From contig NW_027592149.1 of the NCBI RefSeq assembly GCF_964213995.1, positions 1-62,327 of the forward strand: a stretch of DNA of 62,327 nucleotides, in the 5' to 3' direction. Positions within the stretch are counted from its first letter, which is position 1; each line of letters opens with the position of its first letter. The position numbers and the translations under genes are program-made. Below, piece by piece: positions 25,385 to 37,885 of this stretch. Below the pieces are notes generated by a model that worked only from the letters and a program-made list of their open reading frames with translations, was not told the origin of the DNA and ran no database searches. The stretch is from Mustelus asterias. Taxonomy: Eukaryota.

Positions 25385-26329
25385 GGTGCCCTTGTGTTTC
25401 TCCAGGTTGGATGATCAGTTCAAGCCACATCCACACACACAACATACACGTAGTTTCACCCTGCTGTGAACTGTGATGTTTTTTCAGGCTGTGTAACTGG
25501 TTAAAGCTCTTTCCACATTCAGTTCACTGGAACACTCTCACTCGGGTGTGTGTTTGTCTCGATGCTTTTCCGGTCATACTGATGTTTAATTTATTTGCCC
25601 ACAGGCAGAACAGACAAATATTTCTCTTTCTATATTCAAAGACCAATGATATTCAGCTCCGAAGGAACTGAATGACTTTGTCAGATGTGATGTCCGGTTT
25701 GAGTTTTCTGTCTGCCAATCTTTCACTTCCAATATCCTGTAAAAACAGTTTAGAAAAGTCATCACTGTCAGAACACGATACAAACTCTGAACAGACAATT
25801 CTAGTTTCTCTGGAACATTTTTTCCTTTCTTGTTCCCCCAAATCAGTAAATCCCCGTCCCACACACTCTCCCTCCTCCCTGGGCTGAAATCCAAACCCAT
25901 CTCACCATTTCTTTCCTCCACTCCCAGTTTTCTCCCTCCCTCTCCTCTGTCTGGATTCAGTTCTCCAGCTCCTGTCTGCAGACTGACAATAAAACCAATG
26001 GCTCTTATTGGGGGTGTTGGGGCCTCCAGCGGGTGTTTGTGAATCCTCCCCGCCCACCTCCCAGGGTTTCCTTCCTTCCCAGAGATCAGAGTCCTCATTG
26101 ATTTGAGGCCAAAGTGTAACCTCTTATTTATTGTCCCCCTCCCCCATCCTCTGATGTGAACCATCCTCCAGTGGCTGAGCCAGGATGGGGCCGTTAACCT
26201 GGGCCTGTTCCCGGGAGGGAGGGAGGGAGGGAGAAGCCCCGCAGCTGCAAACCAGGGAGCTGACAATGATTCTGAAGGGTTTGCGGATCCACAAAGTGTT
26301 TCCAAATCCTCCCAGCCACCGCCTAACGC

Positions 26330-26880
26330 TGACTCCGCTTCTCCGGGACAAACAAGCGCCAAGGACAGCAATGACACTGCGCATGCTCCACATCACAATG
26401 CCCGGGCACTGATTGACGGCGGCTCCGGACCAATAGGAAGAGGGGGCGGGGCTGGGGGACCGAACGGGAGCGGCTGGTCCTCCAACCAATCGGAGTGAAT
26501 GAGGGGCGGGACCTGAAGCATGCGCAGTGCGGGTGAACCAGATAAACCTGTTGGACTTTAACCTGGTGTTGTTTGACTTGTTGCTGTGTTTACCCCAGTC
26601 CAACGCCGGCATCTCCACATCACTGCGGGTAATGGCGACGGACGGCCGGTTTTAGTTTGGAAGCGAGATCAATACGAGGTAGAGGGCGGCGTGCGGGGAA
26701 TGATAAATGTGGCGGGTGGGTGGAGAGACTTTGTAAACATGTTGTTCAAACCCAAACCCCGGAAATGAACTTCCCGGTTCCCCCCCTTTGTACCAAATGG
26801 AGCGGCAGCTTGTAGTGTTAGACCCGGGCTGACTGCCGCCATTGAGGCTGCATGTGGGAGGCCGGCAGGGATTGTGATCG
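26330..26880. promoter_or_regulatory. CpG-rich promoter-like module upstream of ZNF gene A, interrupted by a short Penelope fragment (about 26537-26620)
   Basis: NRF1-like TGCGCATG twice, CCAAT twice, GGGGCGGG boxes, ETS-like CCGGAA. Confidence 0.6.
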
Positions 26881-26893
26881 GAGAGTGAAGCCC

Positions 26894-27060
26894 TGACGTC
26901 ACAATGGAATGGGTGAGGGTGTGACGTCACAATGGAATGGGTGAGGGTGTGACGTCACCATGGAATGGGTGAGGGTGTGACATCACAATGGAATGGGTGA
27001 GGGTGTGACGTCACAATGGAATGGGTGAGGGTGTGAGGTCACAATGGAATGGGTGAGGGT
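26894..27060 (+). repeat. 28-bp tandem repeat x6 containing CRE palindromes
   Basis: Unit TGACGTCACAATGGAATGGGTGAGGGTG at 26894, 26922, 26950, 26978, 27006, 27034. Confidence 0.95.
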
Positions 27061-27114
27061 TCCAGATGAGCTGAGACTGGGCTGGAGTCGGGCGATGGCA
27101 GTGACATGTGTCCC

Positions 27115-27650
27115 GGTGGCACAGTGGTTAGTGCAGCTGCCTAACAGCGCCAGGGACCCGGGTTCAATTCCAGCCTCGGGTCACTGTCTGTGCAGAGTTT
27201 CTACATTCTCCCCGTGTCTGTGTGGGTTTCTTCCGGATGTTCCGGTTTTCCTTCCACAGTCCAAAGATGTGCCGGCGTTGGACTGGGGTAAGCACAGTAA
27301 GTAATCTCACAACACCAGGTTAAAATCCAACAGGTTTATTTGGTAGCACAAGCCACAAGCTTTCAGAGCACTGCCCCTTCATCAGGTGAGTGGGAGTTCT
27401 GTTCACAAACAGGGCATATAAAGACACAAACTCAATTTACAAGATAATGGTTGGAATACGAGTCTTTAAACGTAATCAAGTCTTAAAGGTACAGACAATG
27501 TGAGTGGAGAGAGGGTTAAGCACAGGTTAAAGAGATGTGTATTGTATCCAGCCAGGACAGTTAGTGAGATTTTGCAAGCCCAGGCAAGTCGTGGGGGTTA
27601 CAGATAGTGTGACATGAACCCAAGATCCCGGTTGAGGCCGTCCTCATGTG
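27115..27650. mobile_element. HE1 SINE 5' half (+, 27115-27270) fused to a Penelope-like 3' fragment (-, 27266-27650)
   Basis: Direct similarity to other copies in the window; the junction shares GATGTGC microhomology. Confidence 0.85.
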
Positions 27651-27859
27651 TGATTGACAGATCCATGCTCACTGCTTCTTGCCCTGGATGCAGAGAGCTG
27701 AAAATTTCCATGCAGGATGCCAGACAGATAAATGTCTACATTACTGGAGTAAAAATGTGTGGAATATACAGACCGAATTCACTTCATTTCCTTCAGTTGC
27801 TGCAAGTCCCCAACTTCCCCCAGAATGAGAAAAGAAATGGAAAGGGGGAAACATTGATT

Positions 27860-28356
27860 TCCTCCCAGATGTTGAACAGAGGAGGGAGTTTCACTCTGAA
27901 GCTCATTGGACAACTTCCGCATTGTGACGTCACAATAGTGTCCTGCCTGAATCAGCCAATAGGAATCACTCTGCTTCGCGGTGACGTCTCCGGGTTCCAG
28001 TTCTCAGGCCCGGGCGCGCGGACCCAGGAGCCCCGCCCCCACCCATTGTTCCCCTTCCCCTACACCTCCTTGAACCAAGGTTTCCAGGCAACCGGCTGAC
28101 GGCTCCAGCAAGAGCGAGAAGCCGCTCAGTGAGCTCTCCCTCCCCCCGGCCCAGGACTACACATGTGCGAGGGAGAGGGGAAGCTGCGCATGTGCGGGGG
28201 AGAACCCACCCTCTGATCTTCATGCTGAGGTGTTGACCAATGGGAAGAGTTGGAGGACCGGAAGGACTCTGGTCTTCCAGCCAATCAGAGTGGGGCTTTG
28301 TGTGAATGAAGATTGATCTTCAGACAGACTCAAACTTCCTCCTGTCTCAAACATCT
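27860..28356. promoter_or_regulatory. CpG-rich promoter and non-coding first exon of ZNF gene B (donor ACATCT|GTGAGT at 28357)
   Basis: CRE palindrome at 27921-27936, CCAAT boxes, GC box, ACTACA, NRF1-like motif; paralogous to 56922-57528. Confidence 0.62.
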
Positions 28357-28989
28357 GTGAGTAAAACACTTTCTCTTCAACCCCCTTTCCATTTCTTTTC
28401 TCATTCTGGGGGAAATTGGGGACTTGCAGCAACTGAAGAGAAAGGAAGTGAATCCAGGGAGGGTGCAGACTCTGGAAAGGTTGGTCCAGGTTTCTCGCTC
28501 TCTCGAACCAGAAAATGATCCATTTCTGCCCACTGTTTGCTGTTAGCCAATCTTCTATCCACGCCAATATGTTATCCCCACAGCATGAACTTTTATTTGC
28601 TGCAATAACCTTTGATGTGGCACCTCATCAAATGTCTTCTGGAAATCTGAGTACAGCACATCCACCGGTTTCCCTTTATCCAATGCCCGATGGGGAATTT
28701 TAGAAAATTGAACAACACATCAACGATCTCACTCTGTTAAGACCCGAGAATGAAGCCCAGCAGGACCCGAGGACTCATCAGCCCACAGCTCCAACAGTTT
28801 GCTGAGGACCACTTCCCTGGGAATTGTGCTTTTTCAGAGTTCATCCCACACTTCTGTTTTCTGATTTCCAGCTGTTTCTGAGTTTTAACTGTATCCTCTA
28901 TTGTGAACACCGAGGCAAAATACTTGTTCAATTCATCTCCCAGCTCCTTATTTTTCATTATCAATTCCTGGACTCACTTTCTATTAGAC

Positions 28990-29705
28990 AGTTAAGAAAT
29001 GAGGTGGAGCAAGTGACTGAAGTGTCAGTCAGGGAGCACTATTGGGAGCACCAATAGTTTCAAAATAGTTCAGGAAAAAGGTAGGACAGGTCCACAGGTC
29101 AAGGCCCTAAACTGGAGCAGGGCCACTTTTGTGGGCATTAGGCAGGATCGAGCAGATGTCGATTAGGTGAGTTTGTTTGAAGGGAAAGGAATGACTGGCA
29201 AATGGGAGGTTTTAAAAGTGTGATATCAAGAATCCAGGGGCAGTATATTCCTGTTAAGATGAAGGGAAAGAATGGTAAATTTAAGGATCTCTGGCAGACA
29301 AGGGACATTGAGGCTCTGGTCAGGTAAAAGAAGGAAGCATACATTGGGTTTCGGCAATCGGGGACAAGTGAATCACTCTGACTATAAAAAGTGTAAGAAA
29401 ATACTGAGGAGGGAAATCAGGAGGACAAAAAGAGGGTATGATATGGATCTGGCAGGTAAGATTAAAGAAAATTCCAAGAGGTTCTATAGCTATATTAAGA
29501 GTAAGACGGTGGCTAGAGAGAGAATAGATCCCCTTAAAAATCAGTATGGCCATCTGTGTGTGGAGCTACAGGAGATGGGTGAGATTTTTAATGAATACTT
29601 CTCCTCTGTGTTTACTGCGGAGAGCACCATGGGGGCTAAAGAAATAAGGGAAACAAGTGGTGATGTCTTGGGCACACGCTCGTTACTTGGGAGGAGGTAT
29701 CTGTA
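28990..29705 (+). mobile_element. CR1 ORF2 internal fragment
   Basis: LAGKIKENSKRFYSYIKSK...EMGEIFNEYFSSVFT. Confidence 0.85.
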
Positions 29706-29711
29706 GCCTTA

Positions 29712-29897
29712 TAAAAGCAAATTACTGCGGATGCTGGCATCTGAAGCCAAGGGAGAAAATGCTGGAAAATCTCAGCAGGTCTAGCAGCATCTGTAAGGAG
29801 AGAAAAGAGCTGATGTTTCTTGACGAAATGACCCTTTGTCAAAGCTCTGAAACATCAGTTCTTTTCTCTCCATCCAGGTGCTGCCAGACCTGCTGAG
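29712..29897. mobile_element. Short fold-back element (family also at about 18690-18790, 39468-39612, 46278-46505, 47275-47432, 47962-48040)
   Basis: AAATGCTGGAAAATCTCAGCAGGTCT..CAGCATCTGT arm with its inverted partner. Confidence 0.75.
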
Positions 29898-30434
29898 AAT
29901 GGAGTGGACTCGATGGGCCGAATGGCCTTACTTCCGCTCCTATGTCTTATGGAATGGGGAGAGAGTGTATGGGATGGAGATTTACAGCTTTTGGGGAATG
30001 AGAGAGGAAAGAATGTTCCATAGAAATTGTTCTGAATTTCTATCCTGTACTGACACTGATGACTTTTGGAAACTCATTTTCAGGATATTGAAAGAGGAAT
30101 CACAGGCCGAAATCTCAAACGTCATGTCTCGGCGTGACAGAATCGTGTTCCTTGGGACCTCAATATCATCGGACTTTGAATCCAGAAGGAGAAATGATTG
30201 TCCAGTCTGTCGATTTGAAAAGATTTGAAATGTCAGTGTGAGTGAAAAAGCGTCAACACACTGCCACACTCGAGTGAGTGTGTTCCAATGCACTGACTAA
30301 AGAGCTTTAACCAGTTACACAGTCTGAATAAATATCACACCATTCACAGCGGGTAGAGACTGTAATCTTGTTCTGTGTGTGGACGAAGTTTCAACTGATT
30401 GTCCACCCAAGAGTGAGGCAAGGACACCTGCACC

Positions 30435-31109
30435 ATGGAGAAACCATGGAAATGTGGGGACTGTGGGAAGGGATACAGAGCCCCATGTCTGCTGGAAGCT
30501 CATCGGCGCAGCCACACTGGGGAGAGGCTGTTCATCTGCCCTCAGTGTGAGAAGGGATTTAATCAGTTCTCCAGCTTACGGACACACCAACGAGTTCACA
30601 CTGGGGAGAGACCATTCACCTGCTCTCAATGTGGGAAGGGATTCATTCAGTCATCCCACCTGCGGACACACCAGCGAGTTCACACTGGGGAGAGGCCATT
30701 CACCTGCTCTCAGTGTGGGAAGGGATTCACTCAGTTATCCAGCCTGCAGACACACCAGCGAGTTCACACTGGGGAGAGGCCATTCACCTGCTCTCAGTGT
30801 GGGAAGGGATTCACTCAGTTATCCAGCCTGCAGACACACCAGCGAGTTCACACTGGGGAGAGGCCGTTCACCTGCTCTCAGTGTGGGAAGGGATTCACTC
30901 GGTTACCCGACCTGCGGACACACCAGCGAGTTCACACAGGGGAGAAACCATTCACCTGCTCTCAGTGTGGGAAGGGCTTCACTCGGTCATCCACCCTGCG
31001 GACACATCAGCCAGTTCACACTGGGGAGAGGCCATTCACCTGCTCTCAGTGTGGGAAGGGTTTCAGCGTTTCATCCCGGCTGCTGAGACACCAGCGAGTT
31101 CACGAGTGA
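30435..31109 (+). CDS. C2H2 zinc-finger gene B, 8 fingers, no KRAB
   Basis: Open 224-aa ORF MEKPWKC...HQRVHE with ACCATGG start context. Confidence 0.88.
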   Translation: MEKPWKCGDCGKGYRAPCLLEAHRRSHTGERLFICPQCEKGFNQFSSLRTHQRVHTGERPFTCSQCGKGFIQSSHLRTHQRVHTGERPFTCSQCGKGFTQLSSLQTHQRVHTGERPFTCSQCGKGFTQLSSLQTHQRVHTGERPFTCSQCGKGFTRLPDLRTHQRVHTGEKPFTCSQCGKGFTRSSTLRTHQPVHTGERPFTCSQCGKGFSVSSRLLRHQRVHE

Positions 31110-31351
31110 TGACAGGGGTTGGATTCTGCTGTTATTGTTTCTGCTCTCAGTTGCATCCAGGATTGCATTTTGTTCATTCTCACAGTTGGTCAATGGGAAG
31201 GGTCAGAGGGTTTCTTTGTGCTGGACTGGCCGGTCTCAGCCTCCAGTGGGCTGATGCTCTTTGAACCTTTTTGTGAATACCTGGTTTCAAATGTCACAAG
31301 GATCACAGAGTGACAGGGTGTTAGGAAGTTTAGAGATATTGAGTCAGAAGA

Positions 31352-32400
31352 AAACAGAGGTTGGCAGTGCAAAGGTACATTTCTGAATGGAGGGCTGTGA
31401 CAAGTGACGTTCCTCAGGGATCAGTGCTGGGACTTTTGCTGTTTGTAATATATATAAATGATTTGGAGGAAAATGTAACTGGTTTGATTGGTAAGTTTGT
31501 GGACGACACAAAGGTTGGTGGAATTGCGGATAGCGATGGGGACCGGCAGAGGATACAGCAGGATATAGATCAGTTGGAGACTTGGGCAGAGAGATGGCAG
31601 ATGAAGTTTAATCCGGACAAATGTGAGGTAATGCATTTTGGAAGGTCTAATACAGATGGGAAATATACAGTCAATGGAGAACCCTTCAGAGTATTCATAG
31701 GCAGAGGGATCTGGGTGTACAGGTGCACAGGTTATTGAAAGTGGCAATGAGGTGGAGAAGATAATCAAGAAGGCATACGGCATGCTTGCCTTCTTCGGCC
31801 GGGGCATTGAGTTTAAAAATTGGTAAGTCATGTTGCAGCTTTATAGAACCTTAGTTAGACCGCACTTGGAATCTAGTGTTCATTTCTGGTCACCACACTA
31901 CCAGAAGGAAGTGGGGGCTTTGGAGAGGGTATGGAAAATATTTACCAGGATGTTGCCTGGTAGCATTAGCTATGAGGAGAGGTTGGAGAAACTTGGTTTG
32001 TTCTCACTGGAACAACGGAGGTTGAGGGGGGCGACCTGATAGAAGTCTACAAGATTATGAGGGTCATGGACAGAGTGGATAATCAGACGCTTTTTCCCAG
32101 GGTGGAAGAGTCAATTACTAGAGGCATAGGTTTAAGGTGCGAGGGGCAAGGTTTAAAGGAGATGTACAAGGCAGGTTTTTTACACAGAGCGTGGTGGGTG
32201 CCTGGAACCCGTTGCCGGGGAAGGTAGTGGAAGCAGATACGGCAGTGACTTTTAAGATGTGTCTTGACAAATATATGAATAGCATAGGAACAGAGGGATA
32301 TGGTCCCCGGAAAGGTAGGGGGTTTTAGTTCAGACGGGCAGCATGGTTGCTCCAGGCTTGGAGGGCCAAAGGGCTTGTTCCTGTGTTGTAATTTTCTTTG
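31352..32400 (+). mobile_element. CR1 LINE 3' 1 kb (RT C-terminus), frameshifted
   Basis: VPQGSVLG.LLF.IYINDL, KFVDDTK, LYRTLVRPHLE. Confidence 0.92.
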
Positions 32401-33164
32401 TTCTTCATTCTGTTTGGAACATCCCAAATGCCCATCCAATTTCCTTTTTAATTGTTTATTGTCGCTACTTCCTCCACCCTCGTAGGCAGCGAGTTCCAGG
32501 TCATCACCATTCACTGCATCAGAATATTCTTCCTCACATCTCCACCGCCCCCCCCCCCCACTCCCCCTCCCTTGCATCTCTGACCCAAAACAAGAAATCT
32601 GTGTCCCCCCTCGTCCTTGTCCCATCAGCTAATGGGAACAGCTTTTCTTTGTCCACCTTATCTAAACCTGTCAGAACCTTGTCCACCTCTATCAAATCTC
32701 CCCTCAACCTCCTTTGCTCCAAGGAAAACAACACCAGCCTGACATTGACAATAAAGAACAAACTAACAGAATATGTTACTGTCTGAAATCAAATGGGAAT
32801 GTTTAATTTCTGTTTTAAAGATATTGTGAATATATTGTCCTGGACAATAAAGGAATTGGAATAACTCACCTTGGGTGTGGTTGAATGGAATATGTCAATC
32901 TGATATCCACCTGCAGTCTAGTGAAAGTCTGGAATATGTAGCTGGAACTCCCTTCCTAACAGCACTGTGGGTGTACGTACACCTCAGGCATTGCAGCAGT
33001 TCAAGAAGGCACCCTTGGGGTTAGGGTTGACCATGGCCAAGGCAGCTACATACAGCCACATATTCTGTTATAATTGAAGGACTGCAGATTGAATGTGAGG
33101 CATTGTGGGACTGGACTATCTTGACCACATTCCTGTGACTGCCCGGAAACACGTGTCTATTTTA

Positions 33165-34600
33165 AAGAACAAAGAACAATACAGCACAGGAACAGGCCCT
33201 TCGGCCCTCCAAGCCTGCACCGATCATGTGTTCCTAACGAGACCATCCGTTTGTATCCCTCTATTCCCAGTCTGTTCATGTGGTTATCATTAAAATACGT
33301 CCCCCACATATCTGTATTGAACCTTGCCCCCCCTTACCTTGAACTTGTGACCCCTTCTGTTTGTCGTTTCTGACCTGGGAAAAAGCTTCCAACTGTTCAC
33401 CCTATCTATGCCCTTCATAATTTTATAAACTTCTATTAGGCCGCCCCTCCACCTCTGTTTTTCCAGGGAGAACAACCCTAGTTTACTCAATCTCTCCTCA
33501 TAGCTAATACCCTCCATACCAGGCAACATCCTGGTTAACCTTTTCTGCACTCTCTCCAAAGCCTCCACGTCCTTCTGGTAGTGTGGCGACCAGAACTGGA
33601 CGCAGTATTCCAAATGCGGCCGAACCAACGTTCTATACATCTGCACCATCAGACCCCAACTTTTATACTCTATGCCCCGTCCAATAAAAGCAAGCATGCC
33701 ATATGCCTTCTTCACCACCCTTTCCACCTGTGTTGCCACCTTTAAGGTTCTGTGGACTTGCACATCCAGATCCCTCTGCGTGTCTATACTCCTGATGGTT
33801 CTGCCATTTATTGTATAGCTCCCCCTGCATTAGATCTACTAAAATGCATCACTTCGCATTTATCTGGATTAAGTTCCATCTGCCATTTCTCCGCCCAATT
33901 TTCCAGCCTATCTGTGTCCTGCTGTATTCTCTGACAATGTTCATCACAATCCACAACTCCAGCAATCATTGTGTCGTCCGCAAACTTACTAATCAGACTT
34001 GCTACATCTTCTTCCAAATCATTTATATATATCACAAACAGCAGAGGTCCCAATACAGAGCCCTGCGGAACACCACTAGTCACAGACCTCCAATCAGAAA
34101 AAGACCCCTCCGCTGCTACCCTCTGTCTTCTATGGCCAAACCAGTTCTGTACCCATCTAGCGAGCTCACCTTTGATCCCGTGAGATTTAACCTTTTGCAC
34201 CAGCCTGCCATGAGGGACCTTGTCAAATGCTTTACTAAAATCCATGTAGATGACATCCACGGCCCTTCCCTCGTCAGTCATTTTTGTCACCGCCTCAAAA
34301 AACTCAACCAAATTTGTGAGGCATGACCTCCCTCGCACAAAACCATGTTGTCTATTGCTAATGAGATTATTCAGTTCTAAATGTGTACAGATCCTATCTC
34401 TAAGAATCTTCTCCAACAATTTCCCTACCACGGACGTCAAGCTCACTGGCCTATGATTACCCGGGTTATCCTTGCTACCCTTCTTAAATAACGGGACCAC
34501 ATTTGTTATTCTCCAATCCTCTGGGACCTCACCTGTGTCCAATGAAGAAACAAAGATTTCTGTTAGAGGCCCAGCAATTTCATCTCTTGTCTCTCTCAGT
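33165..34600 (-). mobile_element. CR1 LINE RT fragment with 3' tail
   Basis: VPEDWRITNVVPLFKKG, QHGF, DFSKAFDKVPH, KFADDT. Confidence 0.94.
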
Positions 34601-36885
34601 AACTGGAAGTCCCTCCCTAACAGCACTGTGGGTGTACGTACACCTCAGGCATTGCAGCAGTTCAAGAAGGCACCCTTGGGGTTGACCATGGCCAAGGCAG
34701 CTACATACAGCCACATATTGTGTTATAATTGAAGAACTGCAGATTGAATGTGAGGCATTGTGGGACTGGACTATCTTGACCATATTCCTGAGACTGCCCG
34801 GAAACTCATGTGTCTATTTTAGTTTAAAATTGAGGATTTCTGGGAATAATGTCTCAGATGGTGGCCAGATTATCAAATTCAGTTCTCTCAAATAATTCAT
34901 AGACAAAGAAACAAGTATCTCCAAGAGAAAACTGTCACCTCATTCATCTCATCGAGACTTCCCTTTCACTCAAATCTTCATAAACACCCAAATGTATGGA
35001 TTCCTTTAAACTACACTTTCAGGAGTTCTCGAGAATCTTTAGAGTTAAATAAATCATTAAATATTCTCATAATATCTTTTAACAGAAACCAAACATTTCT
35101 GTTTGATTCCAGGCATTATCAACTTTGTTCTTTCCCTTAAACACCAGGTAATTTCCATTTTAAATGCTTGAAATAGCAACTCATGTCAGATATTTATCAA
35201 TTCCAATCTCAAAAGCAGGCTTGTTGGCTTTCTGAAAAGTAAAGTCTTTTATTCTCTGCTTTAATTCTCAAAACTGCTGCCTTCACTCGGATTGTTTGTG
35301 AGTGAAACCGTCATCACCTGTTTAAAAAAAACCCATAAACAATCCATCTGGCTCTGGCCAAGATCCCAGTGAGTTAATGTGTCCAATCACAGGTTACATT
35401 AAAAAACAAAGGCTGTGTGGAGATTTATAAAAATCAGCTGTCTGCTGAAAGGGTTAACTTCTCTGTGGCACCGAGAGAGGCGGGGAGTGGGCAGAGGAAA
35501 CTTGGCAATTGTGTCAATTTACATAATTTAAAAAACTTCTCTCATGTTATTTTCTTCGATTTTGTTCAAATTTCATCTCTTTTATCTCTCCTTTTTTGAA
35601 CACCAATTTCAATTTTCAATATTTGCTACTTAATCAAAGTTGAAAGAAATACTTTGTGAAATGTGTTGTTAACTGAATCTCAACAATTTTAACTCAAATG
35701 TTTTGGAAAGTTGGAACTGGTTTGCTGCCAAACTGCAGCCTTATCTTTGTGTTTTGGGAGCAAATTGTCCTTCACAATTCTAACCTTGAACAAGTTAATT
35801 TCAAACCCAAATACATTCCTTTCACATTTTAGCACAGTCTGAATTTATTTCAAACAGAAACTCACGGCAGTTCAAATTAAATTAATTTTTATTCCCTTTC
35901 CAAACTAATTCTTCGAATCGATGATGCTTTCAAACAACGCCCTGCCTCAACAATTATGACTCAAATGTACGGTATTCCTTCAACTGGGCAAACCAACTTG
36001 GAGTAAGCGTTGTGGATCATGACGGTGCAAAGGTCATGGCTACCCTCACACACCTGCATTCCCTTATCACACAGGAGAGGCAGAGGAGAGGGAGGAGTGC
36101 TTTCAGTGATTTTTTTTTGGAGAAAACAACTAAATGTGCTCGCTGGTGACTGATTTGTGTCTCAGGTTGTTTGATTTTAGCTAAACACGGGGAGTGGTCT
36201 GCTTCAGGGAGGTGTCACTTTGTGGCTGAATTAACTTCCTCAAAGTCCCCATGGCATTTTCTCACTCTTCACTTGATCTGATATTTTCTGACTGTAAATC
36301 AATATCTTGTTCCAGAGTTTGGCCGAACAGCAGTAGATTTTTCTGAGCTCCACTCACCCTATCATCTGCCCCCTGTTCCCAATGTAACTGATTGTCCAGG
36401 TCAGACGTGCTCTCCTGCCAGCAATCAGCTCCATTCTGCAGCTTATCCACCAGTTCCCTCAACTCTTTATATTTTGTACTCAGCTGTGAGGCAACAGGTT
36501 TCCAATGTAACTGGAAATTAATTTATTCTGGACTTTTTCAACTCGCTATTTCCTTTCTGAATCTCTTTAGAAAACCTATCAAGGACCCGCTCGTAATCTC
36601 CGTCACATTCTTCTCCACCTCCCAGGGTATCTTTTGCTCCTGGTGCCCTTGACTCTGTTGTCAAACTGTCAGTCACATTGTAGCAGATGCCAAAGCCATT
36701 GTTGTATTTGCTTTTTTGAGGCAGCAGTGCGAACCACTGTGCCACTGGATGGAATGCTGGCCCAGTGGAGAGATACATAGAAACTAGAAGCAGGAGTAGG
36801 CCATTCGGCCCTTTGAGCCTGTTCCACCATTCACCTTGATCATGGCTGATCATCAAATTCAAGCTGTGTGGGTTAGATAGGTTAA

Positions 36886-37885
36886 CACAGTAAGAAGTTT
36901 AACAACACCAGGTTAAAGTCCAACAGGTTTATTTGGTAGCAAAAGCCACACAAGCTTTCAGACCTGCAAGCCCCTTCTTCAGGTGAGTGGGAATTCTGTT
37001 CACAAACAGAGCATATAAAGACACAAACTCAATTTACATGAATAATGGTTGGAATGCGAATACTTACAATTAATCAAGTCTTTAAGAAACAAAACAACAT
37101 GAAGTGGCAAAGAAGTGGCAGATGGAATACAATGTGGAAAAGTGTGAGATTATGCACTTGGGGAGGCGGAATGGAGGCATAGACTATTTTCTAAATGGGG
37201 AAATGCTTCGGCAATCAGAAGCACAAAGGGACTTGGGAGTCATTGTTCAAGATTCTCTTAAAGTTAACGTGCAGGTTTAGTTGGCAGTTCGGAAGGCAGA
37301 TGCAATGTTAGCATTCATGTCAAGAGGGTTAGAATACAAGAGCAACAATGTACTTCTTAGACTGTATAAGGCTCTGGTCAGACCCCACTTGGAGTGTTGT
37401 GAGCAGTTTTGAGCCCCACATCTAAGGAAGGATATGCTGCTCTTGGAAAGGGTCTGGAGGAGCTTCACAAGAATGATCTCTGGAATGAAGAGCTTGTCGT
37501 ATGAAGAATGGTTGAGGACTCTGGGTCTGTACTCATTGGAGTTTAGAAGGATGAGTTGGGATCTTATTGAAACTTAGTAGGAAAAACTAGAACCAGAGTG
37601 CACAACCTGAGGCTAAAGGGATGATCCTTTAAAACAGAGATGAGGAGGAATTTCTTCAGTCAGAGAGTGGTGAATCTTTCGAACTCTTTGCCGCAGAAGG
37701 CTGTGAAGGTCAGTTCATTGAGTGTCTATAAGACAGAGATAGATAGGTTCTTGATTAATAAGGGGATCAGGGGTTATGGGGAAAAGGCAGGAGAATGGGG
37801 ATGAGAAAAATATCAGCCATGATTGAATAGCAGAGAAGACTCGATGGGCTGAGTGGCCTATTTCTGCTCCAATGTCTTATGGTCT
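36886..37885. mobile_element. Penelope terminal repeat (-, 36886-37100) abutting a CR1 3' fragment (+, about 37105-37885)
   Basis: Matches 19368-19580; CR1 WQMEYNVEKC and 3' tail motifs. Confidence 0.85.

Noticed and set aside
30379-31264. Overlapping alternative-frame ORFs in ZNF genes ([18 protein letters not shown] repeats)
   Set aside because: Shadow frames of the 84-nt finger repeat, seen at every ZNF copy.
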